From assembly GCA_013265495.1 (NCBI GenBank), contig MU057959.1, positions 199,202 through 263,201 on the forward strand: a DNA stretch of 64,000 nt. Direction: 5' to 3'. Shown piece by piece: positions 9,922 through 22,678 of the stretch. How positions within the stretch are numbered: position 1 is the stretch's first letter; each line of letters opens with the position of its first letter. The position numbers and the translations under genes were made by a program. Below the pieces are notes generated by a model that was not told the DNA's origin, ran no database searches, and saw only the letters and a list, made by a program, of their open reading frames with translations. This DNA comes from Vicugna vicugna (Eukaryota).

Positions 9922-12900
9922 CCACAAAAAACCCCACAAGACTTCCAACTATTTACTAAGGGAGAACGGAAGTATATATTATATATACTTTATATATATT
10001 ATATTTATGTATTTATATATATAAATATATAAAATCATCTCTGGAAATGTATATGAAAATAAAGAAGTGCAAATTTAAGACAATAATAAAGGAATTTAAA
10101 TATTAAAGAAAGTCAAAATTTAAACATCAAAGAAAGTAAAGAATTGCCACTTCTCTTAACCCCCAGGCCGCTTTCACACTCACCGTGTTCCTCCTCTGCC
10201 TGGCTTTGGAATGACACCCTTCTCGGCTGTACTGACTCCTAATGTCAGGTGTCGGGAGAGACGTGAGCGCTTCATGTAATTAACAGCAGATGTTGTCAGG
10301 GTATTTAATTCCTAGAACATGTTCCCTCGGCAGCTCAGCAAAAACATGCTAACAACCTGCTGTACCCTGTTTCCTCCAAAGCATGAGAAGCGTGGCTGGG
10401 ATTCGGAAATATCCGCTGGGAATTCACTCATCCATTCATTCATTCGTTGATCTAGTCCAGTCTTTAGCAGAGTTTCGTGGAGAACCAGCTGCAGGTGTTA
10501 GCAAGTTGCTATTATAAGTAACAACTTTAATGGTGTTCTACTCATTGCAACAAATCTGAAAACTCCCAAAGCACATTCTGCTTCCTCAACCTCTGTGCAG
10601 TCTTGCTTTGATCAACAAGGTCGGAGGACCCTTCTTAACGTCCCAACGTGGCCATTCCTCACCTATGTGTTGCATATGCTAAGCCACGTTTTATGAATTG
10701 ACTGAGTCTCGTGAGACTCGGTCATCTTGGAATTTTATCTAATCATTCTCTTCTCTTGGACTAGCTTGAACTATACCTCAACCCAGTGGGTTTCTTTTTT
10801 TTTTTTTAAATATCATTTTTTTTTAACTGTGCCCTTCAATAGTCTTTATTGTGTCCTGGGTCCACATCATTATTGCATTGAATGAAATTTAGCAATAACC
10901 CATATAAAATACAATCACTTGCCAATTTTTTTAAACACATGTATTTTTAAAAAAAATCTTTATAGCAAATAAAGAAAGAAATGGATTTTTTTCCTTAAAT
11001 AGGCCAGTAGGAACGGATCCTTGAACTTAAACATTCGTACATTTATTCATTTCCAACTAATTCTCAGAACTAAGTTGTCCTTGGTTTTTATACTCCTAGT
11101 CGGAAACGGGGAAAGGTCTTAAAGGCTTCTATGGAAAGATGCCTCATTGTAAAGTAGCGTACAGAGTATCTGTCCTCTGCCGATGGCTCAATCGATGACC
11201 TTCGGACAAGCCCTTCTTCTTTTCAATGCCTTGTTTGCCTAGAAAATAAGATGATCTCAGTGGTTGCTTTCAATATAACGCACCACCACGCAGAAAGGGA
11301 GTGAACCCAGTGACGGAGTGTTTACTTCAGGCGCTCAAAGCCACCGAGCAGGAAAGCAATGTCCCTGAGTTAACATTTCATTATCTGCTCTCACCAGGTG
11401 GTTCCTGATGCCTGTCAATTACAGAAGTCTGGGCGTTAAGGAAACGGCCCTTGTGCAGGGCTGGTGCAGCCGCTCTCTGCACGAAAGAGCTCAATGTTTA
11501 AAAGGAATAAAAAAAAAAAAAGGTCCCCAGTCGAGTGATGACACTGAAATATTCACGCAGGAAATAGGTCACCTACTTTGCTTAATGGCTCGTTCTTTCA
11601 ACACACGTGGTTCTTTTTCATTTTCTGCCTTCATTTTTAACAACTCACTTTGTAGACGGATGTTCTTGGCAAGCGCCACCTGTTGGTGGAAAACCTACGT
11701 GATAAACGTTTCCACAAAGTCCATGGCAGGATTCCTTACCGGCAGAACGTGGCCGAGGGTCAAATCGTGGATGGATGTTTGAATTAAAATCTTTATAAAA
11801 ATAGGACTTCAATTCTCATCTCCAATACGAAAGCCTCCCGTTAGAAGCTACGTTTAGATTTCTTACAAGCCTTTAATTTGTCCACGTGTCCGACTGTCAT
11901 GTTTTCTGTAGCAGAGTGAATGGTTTCCTAACGACTGCTGATTACCTAAGTCATTCTGGAAGATGGCTTTTAAGGGTATATGTCCAAAGAGTGATAAATC
12001 CATACACTAAAGGAGCAGAAAAATAATGTGTGTCATTACCCCGAGTTACTTGTGTCAGCCCTTAAAACATTATAACGTACCGGCAAACAGTTAAATATTG
12101 CAAAGTGATTAACATGTTTAGCTAGATCATCACTATGAATATTTAATGTAAGCTTGCATTTATATTTTGTACCTGAGAAACTTAAGATAAAGCTGTTCTG
12201 GCCCCAACCGTCTTGGGCATTTGAATTCAACTGTCATTTCCTAGATCTGCACATTGCAATTATTCCGTTGGGGGCGTTCCTTTTCCTCCCGTCATAAATT
12301 TTGTCCAGAGAGGGGTTCCTCCTCCGTTTTGCAAACTTCCTAGCCTGTCAGAAACACTAGGGGCTGCATTCGAAGCCAGCCCACCATCGTCCCGCAGTAA
12401 TCAACGCTACAGGACCCTTGGGGACGTAGGGGTCTTACCTGGCGCTCACGTGTTTTAACTCGGAGTGTCCTTTCTCAGCTTGTAAGCACTTCTGTTTCAT
12501 CTTCACATTGTTCCAGCGGGATGATTTTGATCAAACAGTCGACATTTATACCTGCAATCAGGCAGGTGCAGAGACAGCACTACCTCCCTGCAGCTTCCTG
12601 TCTCTCAGCTTTGAATTTTCTGTGTGCAGAGTGCAGACGTGAGCCCTTCCACGCGGCTTCCGTGCTGAGGCCCTGTCTGTATGTATTTTATTGAAGCAGG
12701 GGCTGGGCAGTTCACACTAACTTATCAAACCCAGCTTAAGTAAAAACATGTAGCGTTTCGTAGGATGTTGCAGGCTTTAATTCCAAATTCTCAGTCTTCT
12801 CTCCTGTGCATTCTCAAGATACCTTTCCCCCTTCGCGCAGTGAATGCCTGGCCGACGTGTTTGGTCTCCAATTTGATGGACATTTGTGGGCACAGCCTTG

Positions 12901-12998
12901 CTGAGTCTGTTTAAGATTTCCCTTGTCTCATCTGTGGTGTATTTTATGTATCGCTCTGCGTGTGTGCGCCCTCTCTGTAGTGGTATGACCCCGCAGGA

Positions 12999-13135
12999 CA
13001 GTGGCCCTCAGACTTCAGTGTGGGTAACAATGCTCCGGAAAGCTTGTGAAGGCACGGATTCTTGCAAAGGCTTCTGATCTCGGAAGGTCCAGGGTGGGGC
13101 CCTACAGTTTCATTTCTAAACTTCCCCAGGCTTCC
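12999..13135. mobile_element. MER5A-like hAT MITE remnant
   Basis: cagtgg...agattct...ggtccagggtggggccc...catttctaaac motifs. Confidence 0.5.
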
Positions 13136-14405
13136 TCATCTGCGGGGCTGCCGTAACACTTGTGGGGCTGTGATGGGGAGGGCTGCCTCAGGCATTTCTT
13201 GTTGCAGATGTGGCCCCCAGACATGATTATTATTATGATGATGATGGCAGATGGCACACTTGCTAGCTTTTTCAGCTACCTGAATATATGGACACAGAGT
13301 AAAAGGTATCCTCGCTGGCCAGTTTGTTACTTTTGCACTGACTCTCACATTCACATGTTGAACTCTCGCAACAGAATGAAAACATGTGCAATTAATCTGG
13401 GAAGATGAAGAGAGAAAAGCAAAAAAAAAAAAAAGAGTAAATGAGTGAATATAGTAAGAAAAAAAAATACGGTGTGTCTTTATTCCATTACATCCTTTTT
13501 CAGTAAGACTTTCAGGTTACCATTAAAAAAAGAACCAGGTAGAACGTTTACAGCTTCGCTGCTCCAGTTTTCATTCCGTAGGGCAGACAAACTCACTTCT
13601 GCGTATCCATAGACATCCTTTATGAAAAACCGTTTTCCCAACCTTTTCCTGAAGCTAAGAATTATGACATGACATGTATATAGGCTTGGAGCATGGCATT
13701 AAAAAAAAACAGTCATGTTATTCACCCATTTGGGAGGTTCAGAGGTTATAAAACTCTAGGGTTCATTTGCATATCTGATTTTTGACAGCCTGGAGTTTCT
13801 GATCGTCTTCCATTCCTACTGACTTTTTTTCCCACTAAGAGTGAAAACACTCACTGAAATCTGGTGTTCCAAGGTTTAAATAATGAAAAAGAATTGAACG
13901 TTCTCCTCGTCTGAGTTGTGTGTGTGTGAAAAAATAAACAGTGATGGCTTGCCTGTCTGACTTGGCATTTGGACGAGTTCCCAGGTTCTGTGTGTTTCGA
14001 CTGTAGGAGGAAAACTCGACGTGCAGCCACAGACATCTCCCAGGTGTGCCCCGCAGCAGTAAAACCTGCACATGTGACCTCTACACCCACAACACGGAGA
14101 CGCACGCACACCTGCCCGTCTGCTACCAGCTTCTGGTTTATCTGTAAAATCAAGGCTTGTGCTAAGGTAGCTGAATGCACAGAAAGAAGCTCTGGGTGAA
14201 CGGAATGCTTGAGTGAGATGCACTGAGCTAAGCAGAGCTGGAAGGGCAGGGAGGGGACACGCTCCTCAGGCTTTGCGAACGTGGCTGGAGTCTGTCGTGG
14301 TATTTGTTTCTCCGTATGTCTTCCATCATTTATCTTCCCTTCAGCTGATTTTACAGGCAGCCGTCAGTGTTGGGAATAAGATAGTAACGGAGGTTAGAGA
14401 CTGGC

Positions 14406-14790
14406 TGTATGAGTCTGCACAGCTGTCGTAACAAATATCACAGGCGGAGCAGCTTACATGACAGGCACTTACTGTCCCCCTGTTCTGGAGGTTGGAGTCT
14501 GAGGTCAGGGTGTGAGCAGGGCTGGTGTCTCCTGAGCCCTCTCCCCTTGGTGTGCAGATGGCTGTCTCCTCCCTGTGTCCTCCCGTGGCCGTCCCTCTGT
14601 GTGTGTCTGGGTCCTCATCTCCTCTTCTTATAAGGACCCCAGTCCTCGGGGATCAGGACCCAGCATCTCGACCTCATTTTACCTTCATCCCCTCCTTAAA
14701 GACCCCATCTCCAAATAGAATCACATTCTGAGTTGCTGGGGGCCAGGATTTGCACACGTGGGTGTGGCGGGGATACAGGTCAGCCCTTCA
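14406..14790 (-). mobile_element. Solo MaLR LTR (MLT1-like)
   Basis: tgtatgagt...cgtaacaaatatcacag...ttctggaggttggagtctgaggtcagggtg...ctccaaatagaatcacattctgag...cagcccttcaca. Confidence 0.8.
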
Positions 14791-15036
14791 CACGGGCTCG
14801 TGTCCACGGACGTGAGCTAACGCAGGCCAGTGGGCACCAGGCAGACGTTTCTGTGATGCCGCTCCCAGGAGCCGCGCCCTCTGGTCAAAACGTACGAATC
14901 TGAGTTCTGCTCTCTTTATGGCCCCCATTGTAATCACTTCCCCTAAAAAAAGTGTAACAGCCGTCTTCATTTATTTTCATGATTTTGGCAGTAATTCCTT
15001 CTCCATCTCATGTGTGTGCACGCCCCGCCCCCTTTC

Positions 15037-15428
15037 AGCAGTGCTGCCCTGAACAGTGCGGTGCAACCATCTTTTCAAATTAGAGCTTCCTCTGGATATC
15101 TGCCCAGGAGAGGGATTCCTGGGTCATATGATAAGTCTATTCCTAGTCTTTTGAGGCATCTCCGTACTGTTTTCCACAGTGGCTGCACCAAACTGCATTC
15201 CCACCAGCAGTGTAGGAGGGTCCCCTTTTCTCCACAGCCTCTCCAGCATTTGTCATTTGTGGACTTTTGAATGATGGCCGTTCTGACTGGTGTGAGGTGA
15301 CACCTCATTGTAGCTTTGATCTGCGTTTCTCTGACAGTTAGCAGTACTGAGCATCTTTTCATGTGCCTGTTGGCCATCTGCACATCCTCTTTGGAGAAGT
15401 GTCTACTTAGGTCTTCTGCACATTTTTT
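15037..15428 (-). mobile_element. LINE-1 ORF2 C-terminal fragment without 3' UTR
   Basis: ORF 15075-15383 translates to L1 ORF2p C-terminal Cys-rich domain (..[38 protein letters not shown]). Confidence 0.93.
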
Positions 15429-16321
15429 GGGGGGGGGTTATTGACCTGTTGAGTGTCTCTCTCTCAAGAGTCCACTTGAGCTGAAGGCTCTGGGACGGTC
15501 ATGCTCTCCTCCTGAATCTCAGGACAACCTGGAGCCTTGAAGGGAGGCATCTTCCTGTTGCCACGGCGACGCTGGACCATTGCGGGCAGGACCGTGATGC
15601 CTGTCTCTCAGCAGGTGGTGCCGTCGGGTGGCTCATGGATGCCAGCTCCAAAGTCCAGGCAAAGTCGCCCACCCACGGGGAGCGGCGCTGGCGGTAGGAG
15701 GGGTGGTCCTGGGCGGAGAGGACACAACCGCTTTATGCCTTTGCTGGTATAAAATGTTATGTTTCACGAAAATAAGTCCAAAAGCTCGCTTTTCATCACC
15801 TTCCCTGTGAGGGGCGGATACAAATTAAGAGTAATAGGCATCAGTGTCCAGGATGTACGTCCATGAGGAGACCCCCCACCTTGCCCCCACCCCACCTCCC
15901 TTTTCTGAAGGCATTTATTTTAGAGGGTTCTTTCTCTGCCCCTTCCAAATGTACCCCAGATCTTTTTAAACCAGCCTCGGGCCGGTGCCCCAGCTCAGGA
16001 GTGTTTCCTTCGGGACATGGGAGCGTCTCTGACATGTGACCAGGCGAGAAAACACCCCTATCTTCCACTTTCTTGGGAGGAGGTGGAAGTCCCCAGGGTT
16101 GCTCACGCCCTCCCAGGGCCTTTGTACGAGGCGGCAGGAGGTGCGCAGGCTGAAGTGCAGAATGGACATGGTTTTGATGGATTCCCCTGAATCTGATTGC
16201 TGTTTGATGAAATGAGGTTTTGCTAAAGCGTCTCCTGGGCAATCTGTGCAAGACAGGCGCTGATGCAGAGGGCGTGGGGGCCGGTTCCCCACCGTGGACG
16301 GGGCTCAGGTGCCAGGTCTTT

Positions 16322-17538
16322 CCTTTCTTTACCCAGTCATCTGTTGATAGACATTTAGGCTGTTTCCACGTCTCGGCTATTGTAAATAGTGCTGCTATGA
16401 ACACTGGGGTGCAGGTGTCATCCTGAAGTAGGGTTCCTTCTGGATATCTGCCCAGGAGTGGGATTTCTGGGTCATATGGTAAGTCTATTCCTAGTCTTTT
16501 GAGGAATCTCCACACTGTTTTCCACAGTGGCTGCACCAAACTACATTCCCACCAGCAGTGGAGGAGGGTTCCCCTTTCTCCACAGCCTCTCCAGCATTTG
16601 TCATTTGTGAACTTTTGAATGATGGCCATTCTGACTGGTGTGAGGTGATACCTCATTGTAGTTTTGATTTACATTTCTCTGATAATTAGTGATATTGAGC
16701 ATTTTTTCTTGTGCCTATTGATCATTTGTATGTCTTCATTGGAGAATTGCTTGTTTAGGTCTTCTGCCCATTTTTGGATTGGATTGTTTGTTTCTTTGAT
16801 AGTAAGGTGAATGAGCTGTTGTTTTAATAAAAAACCAACTGGTTTAATTTTCTGATAAGACTATTTTTTTTAAACATTTTTTATTGACTTACAGTTGTTT
16901 TACAATGTTGTGTCAAATTCCAGTGTAGAGTACAATTTTTCAGTTATACATGAACATACATATACTCATTGTCACTTTTTTTTTCACTGTGAGCCACCAC
17001 AAGATCTTGTACATGTTTCCCTGTGCTGTACAGTAAAATCTTGTTTATCTATTCTGCATATGAGCTGTTTGTTTATTTTGGAAATTAGTCCCTTGTCGGT
17101 CACATCATTTGCAAATATTTTCTCCCATTTTGTAGGTTGTCTTCCGTTGTGTTGATGGTGTCCTTAGCTGTGCAAAAAGCTTCTAAGTTTAATTAGATCA
17201 CATTTGTTTATTTTTGCTTTTATTTCCATTACTCCAGGAGCTGGTTCAAAAAATATATTGCTGTGATGTATGTCCGCGAGTGACCTGCCTATGTTTTCCT
17301 CTAGGAATTTTATAGTGTCTGGTCTTACATTTAGGTCTTTAACCGTTTTGAGTTTATTTTTGTACATGGTGTTAGAGAATGTTCTAATTTCAGTCTGCTA
17401 CAGGTAGCTGTCCAGCTACCTTGAAGAGACTGTCTTTTCTCCATCGTATATTCTTGCCTCCTTGGTCATAGATGAATTGACCATACGTGCGTGGGTTTAT
17501 TTCTGGGCTCTGTATCCTGTTCCATTGATCTGTGTGTC
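16322..17538 (-). mobile_element. LINE-1 ORF2 3' region with a nested younger L1 insertion
   Basis: Translations [28 protein letters not shown] and KDLNVRPDTIKFLEENIG..CDLIKLRSF are L1 ORF2p; interrupted at ~16821-17059. Confidence 0.93.
16863..17059 (-). mobile_element. Young camelid-type L1 3' terminus nested in older L1
   Basis: Same 3' UTR as 26890-27086 and 42930-43140; flanking ATGAGCTGTT at 16811-16820 and 17060-17069. Confidence 0.88.
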
Positions 17539-19805
17539 CCATCTCTGTGGATGTTACACATGCCTTCACCGTCCTGTCCTTCCAACGTTCCTGCGTGTTT
17601 GAGCGTTTTAATATTCCACATCGGAAAAAATAATGTAACCATGGAACGTTATCTTAAAAAGACCTAGATAGACCATGGCGCACCCACAGAGGCAAGAACA
17701 TAGAAAAGAATTTCCGTAAATTACCTGGAAATACAGACACCGGTGTTCCGAATGAATCTGAGATGTAACTTGTTTTTAAGGGGTCTCCAAATCAGGCACA
17801 TTGTTGAATTTGCTTGATGTGGCCTTTGCTGCATTTGTTTTACAGGAGGAAATACTTTCAGCTTCTTCATAACCGCACACAAAAATGCAATCTGTATTTA
17901 ATTGAGCATGATGGTTGGTGCAAGGAAGACTTGTGTCTCTTTGTTCCACCCAAACTCATAGATATTTTATGAGTTTAGAAACCGGTACCCTGCTATGAAG
18001 TGGATCATAAACCCATCCTCCCAGCTGTTTCGAAGATACGTAAAAAAGTATCATTACCATGAGTGCCCACGACTGTTTGTTTTCTCCCAGACATTCTTTA
18101 GAGGTGGTTTTACTCGAGATGTAAATATATTACTGAAACAGTTTTCACAATTAAATTCAAATCATATTTCGTGGGAAAGAAGCTACTAATAAATGCACAG
18201 CATCAAATTTAAAAAGCATTTGAATCAGGTCTTCATTATTATAATAATTAGTAATTTGGTTGAGTCTTTGTTTTGTTTTTTGCAAAAACTGACCACCCAG
18301 AAGCACAAATCACTCAAAAACGTATTATTTGGATATGCTTATTAACTTTAGCTTTGCTTTCTCCTACCGAATATGGGAGCCCTTTCAAGAAATGTAACCA
18401 ACTTTAAATCTTTGTGACCAGATTTTTTTTTAAGATGACAAAAATTAGTGATCTTACATTAACTCCTAATATGAAAACTACTGTTGCAGCCTTAAGTTAT
18501 TTTTCACTAGATTCTTAAACAAAACACACCCTTAATCAGCCATTGCACTGGACAGTATTTCTGTCCAGCTAGGACAGTATTTCTAGTTTGTGGTGAAAGT
18601 CCTCAAAAGTGTGAACTGTTCCTGACCTTCTTTTATGTCCTGTATTTTACCCCCTGCTCCCTTCGATACTCTTGTGTTTTGTCTCCAAAATTCAAGATAT
18701 ATTGGTGTGAGTCTATTTCATTGAATATGCTGGGAGTTTGAACCTTTTTCCGGAGGGGCTGTCTTTGCTTTCTGGGAAAAGGCATTATTCCTTAACTCAT
18801 ACCCTGCTTGTAGATTTTTTTTTTTTGACCAATTTTATCTGATGTTACAGGGAACATCCTTTGCCCATGTGGTTTATTGCGTTTATGGATTCCTTCATAG
18901 GCATTTGAGCTTTTTTGGAGTTTTGATGGTGATGTTAGTGTGGCATATTTAACCCGAAATCCCTTTTTTATTTTTTAATTTTATTGATTTGGTTCAGTGA
19001 CAATTCACTCATTAACTATTCAGTCCACCCCCTCCCCTTTGCTAATTGCAAGTTCTCCCATTATTTTCTGTTCCCTTGATAATATATACCCTCTGCTCTG
19101 CAAGTATATTTTAAAAAACTGTTTACAAAAATAATCCAGTTACTTATTAGTTGTCGTTGGAATTTCTCTAAAACTATCAGCCCCTACTCTCTTTTCCATC
19201 CACAAAATCAGCGCCATAATTGCTAACTTCTTTCCCTGCAAATTCCTAAGTGTTCCCTGGATCATTTTGGCGGACATTAAAACCGTTCCATTTCGATGAT
19301 TTCTCTAAGGTACAGTTACTACCTCCAGGAGTCCTCTCTTAACAGTTGCGTTAACTCATGCAACGATTGTAGCGTCATCCACTTAGATGTGTCGTTCTCC
19401 ACTATTTCATCCTCTCTTTATTGACATATGACCATATTTAATGGTCAAGCCCACTGAATAAATCAAATCAGGGGTCCGTCCCTAGGGGAATGCCTTTCCG
19501 TTAATTCAGGAATCTTTAAGATCAGGACCCTTCTAGTCATAATATTTTCAATAAGCTCAGAAAGCAACTTTAGGTGGAAACTCCTGAAATGTTGTTGTTT
19601 TTAATTGCATATATATATTTTTTTCTTATCTTATAGGATCATCCATGCCTTCTGTCCCCCAGACTTGCGTTTTCCTATTCACTTACCTCTGTTGCTACCT
19701 TTTTTAAAGGAGTCTAGAGCATTCAAGAACTATCCTTCAATTAAAAAAAAAAAAGGATTTCTATTAACTCTGTTTCTGATATGCTGATTTTCAGGATGTC
19801 AACCA

Positions 19806-19840
19806 TCTTTCCTTCACTCTTTCCTTCACTCTTTCCTTCA
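19806..19840. repeat. 12-bp tandem repeat (TCTTTCCTTCAC) x ~3
   Basis: Directly visible. Confidence 0.9.
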
Positions 19841-21204
19841 AGAGGCATTTTTGGGGGAATTGTGCCCCAGCTGTCTAAGAACACTTTACGAGCTGTGGCA
19901 AACTCCTGGTCTTCTGGATTTTTGGATGCCTTTTTCACATTATTGAAGTATAGTTGGTTTACAGTGTTGTTTCACTCTCTGGTGTAATGTTAATATAAAT
20001 GGTATGGCTGGAATTTGGGCTAAAAATTCACTCATGGGTGATTTTACTAAATCAAGTCAATTAGTTTATTTGGACCAAACTCCCTCTCGGTTAAACGGAT
20101 GTAACCAACCGCAGAGCTGTGCTGTAATGTTTTTAAGTTGACGTAGAAGTCTCAAGCATTACCTTGGTGTTATGAACCTCACAAACATGTGTCCATTAAA
20201 CAGTATGAGAGATTGACACCTAATGACATGATTGCCTAAAATTGGGAAATTTAATTAGTACTGAAATGCATCCTCATGGGCCTGCTGTTAATTTTCGGGT
20301 CACCAGCTTCGTCATCTCCAAAGATGTGACTTAACCTAGCACAGTAGCAAACAATTTTTTTTTTTTTTACTGTTCCTGCTGAATGCGTTTCTCCTGATCG
20401 TACACCCACTACTTAAACACGGAATGTTGGCATTTGGTAAATAACATAGCGTGGGTTTGTACATCGCAGGCATTTGGTCGATTCAGTAAATACGTCCTTG
20501 CATTTTGTCAGTAATTAGAACATGCACCCTGGTGATTATTTTAAAGAGCATAAAATGTCACGTCCCTGCTAAAATGTATCCAGTGATGTAACTCACACCT
20601 GCCACGCACCGTCACACAACACACAGGTGTGCATATGTGTGTGTGTGCTTGTTTCTGTCTCTCTCACTGAATAAATTTGTTGTGGGATCACAGCCTCAAG
20701 ATTGAAGAAAGGTGTTGCAAACAGATTTAAAAGATTGGGACAGTCACGTCTGTACATAAATCGATGGGGTCTATGAGAGTGAATTATTTTAATGAAGGAG
20801 GGTTATCTGTTAATGGCCAATTTAATATCAAATGACTGCTCTTTAATAAAGCGATGCCAGTGCTTCCACTGCTGTACAAGCCACACGGGTCTTTGTGTTT
20901 TTCTCTGATAGACTGAGCAGGGCTGTTCCTCGAGAAAGTCGTTCCACTGAGCACTTCCTTCTCCGGTGTTAAACCGTCACAGCGCCGTGTAACTGCATGC
21001 AGTGTGCCGGGTGTCGGGTGTCACAGGGACGCCCTTCAGGACGGTCCCATTGGATGGGCCCCATCCCATTAGGATGATTTACATCCTTTGTATTTTGTGT
21101 GTATGATGATTAAACCCCTGTGAACTTTTGGAGATTCTCTGCACCCAGTGTGAATGCAAAGAGGGGACACACTCTACTTCCAAACTTTGCTTGCTTTTTA
21201 CATT

Positions 21205-21595
21205 TAAAAAACAATTATTTTATTGAAGTGTAGTTGACTTACAATGTTAGTTTCAGGTATACAGCAAAATGATTCAGGTATACGTATACATACATATATG
21301 TATTTTATTTTCATATTCTTTTCCATTATAGGTAATTACAAGAAATTGAGTATAATTTCCTGTGCTGTGCAGTAGGTCCTTGTCATTTATCTCTTTTATA
21401 AATAGCAACGTGTATCTGTTAATCCCAGACTCCTGATTTATCCCTCCCCTCCTTGCCCCTTCCGTAACCATAGTTTGTTTTCTGTGTCCCTGAGTTTGTG
21501 TTTAGTTTGTAAATGGAATTTCTATCATTTCTTTTTTTTTAGATGCCTTGTATAAATGATACCATATATTTGTCTTTCTCTATCTGACTTACACT
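21205..21595 (-). mobile_element. 5'-truncated L1 3' UTR (artiodactyl-type)
   Basis: ttttattgaagtgtagttgacttacaatgttagtttcaggt...ctatctgacttac; probable TSD TTTTACATT on both sides. Confidence 0.85.
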
Positions 21596-21609
21596 CTTTT
21601 ACATTGTTT

Positions 21610-22678
21610 TTCTTAAAAATTTATTTCTTTTTTACCACGTTAAAAAAAATAAAATTACCATCCTAAGCGTTTTCGAGTGTACAGTTCAGCAGTGTTACAT
21701 GATTTGCATTGTTATTCAGCAGCTGTGTGGAACTTCCTCGTCTTGCAGCGCTGAAACTCTCCAGCCGTTACATACCAACTTCCCGGGCCCCCTGCTCTCA
21801 GCCCTGGGGGCACACTTTCCTGTTTTCTGTTCCTGTGACTTCAACAATTTAGATACTCTTTCCACGGGTGGGCTCCTGCCCTGTGAGTCCTTTGTGACAG
21901 GCTCATTCCTTTGCTCAGCGTCATGTCGTGAAGTCCATGCATGCTTTAGCAGGGGATGAGGGTCCCTTTTTTTTGTTTGGTTTTAAGGCTGCATAATTTC
22001 TTGAATTGGACACCAAAGCCAAAGGCAACAAAAGCAAAAACGTAGTGACAAGTGGGACTACAACAGACTTAAAAACGTTGGTGCCTCAAAAAGTAACTAC
22101 AAAATCACAAATCTGATAAGGGGTTGTTATCGGGAACATATCTGCAACTTCCACAGCTCAGCAACCAAACAAATAATCTGGTTAAAAACAGGCAAAATGT
22201 ATTGAACACACATTTCAGCCTGAAAGGCATACAGTTGGCCAACAAGTATGAGAAAAGAAGCTTAAGGTCGCTAATCATCAAAGAAATGTGAATCAGAACC
22301 ACAGTGTTATCACAGGTCAGGATGGCAACTATAAACAAAACAAAAACAAGAAACAGAATTATAAAAAAAAACCAGCAAGTGTTGGCAAGTACATGAAGTT
22401 GCAATTCTCTGGCATTGTTGGTGGGAATGTAAAATGGTTCCGTTGCTGTGGAAAACAGCATGGAATATCCTCAAAAACTTAAAACCTGAATTACCGTAGG
22501 AGCCAGCAGTCCCCGTTATGGGTGTCTACACAAAAGAATTCAGCCACGATCTCGAAGATACATTCGCACGCTTTTGCTCATTGCACCGTTGCTTACAGTA
22601 TCCAGGAGGTGGAAGCAGCCCAAAGGCCCACGCATGGCTGAATGGAGGAAGGAAGTGTGCTATTTGTCATGCAGTGGA
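21610..22678. mobile_element. Older L1 (L1MA/MB-like) with 5' inversion: 21610-22000 minus, 22001-22678 plus
   Basis: Minus arm is the 3' UTR; plus arm is the ORF2 end and stops exactly where the minus arm begins in L1 coordinates. Confidence 0.8.

Noticed and set aside
15841..16656. Longest ORF (271 aa, minus strand) as a possible gene
   Set aside because: The first ~110 aa are an L1 ORF2p remnant reading through into GC-rich flank; the rest resembles no protein I recognise and there is no splice or promoter support
20992..21003. 12-bp palindrome ACTGCATGCAGT
   Set aside because: Isolated 12-bp palindromes are expected many times by chance in 64 kb
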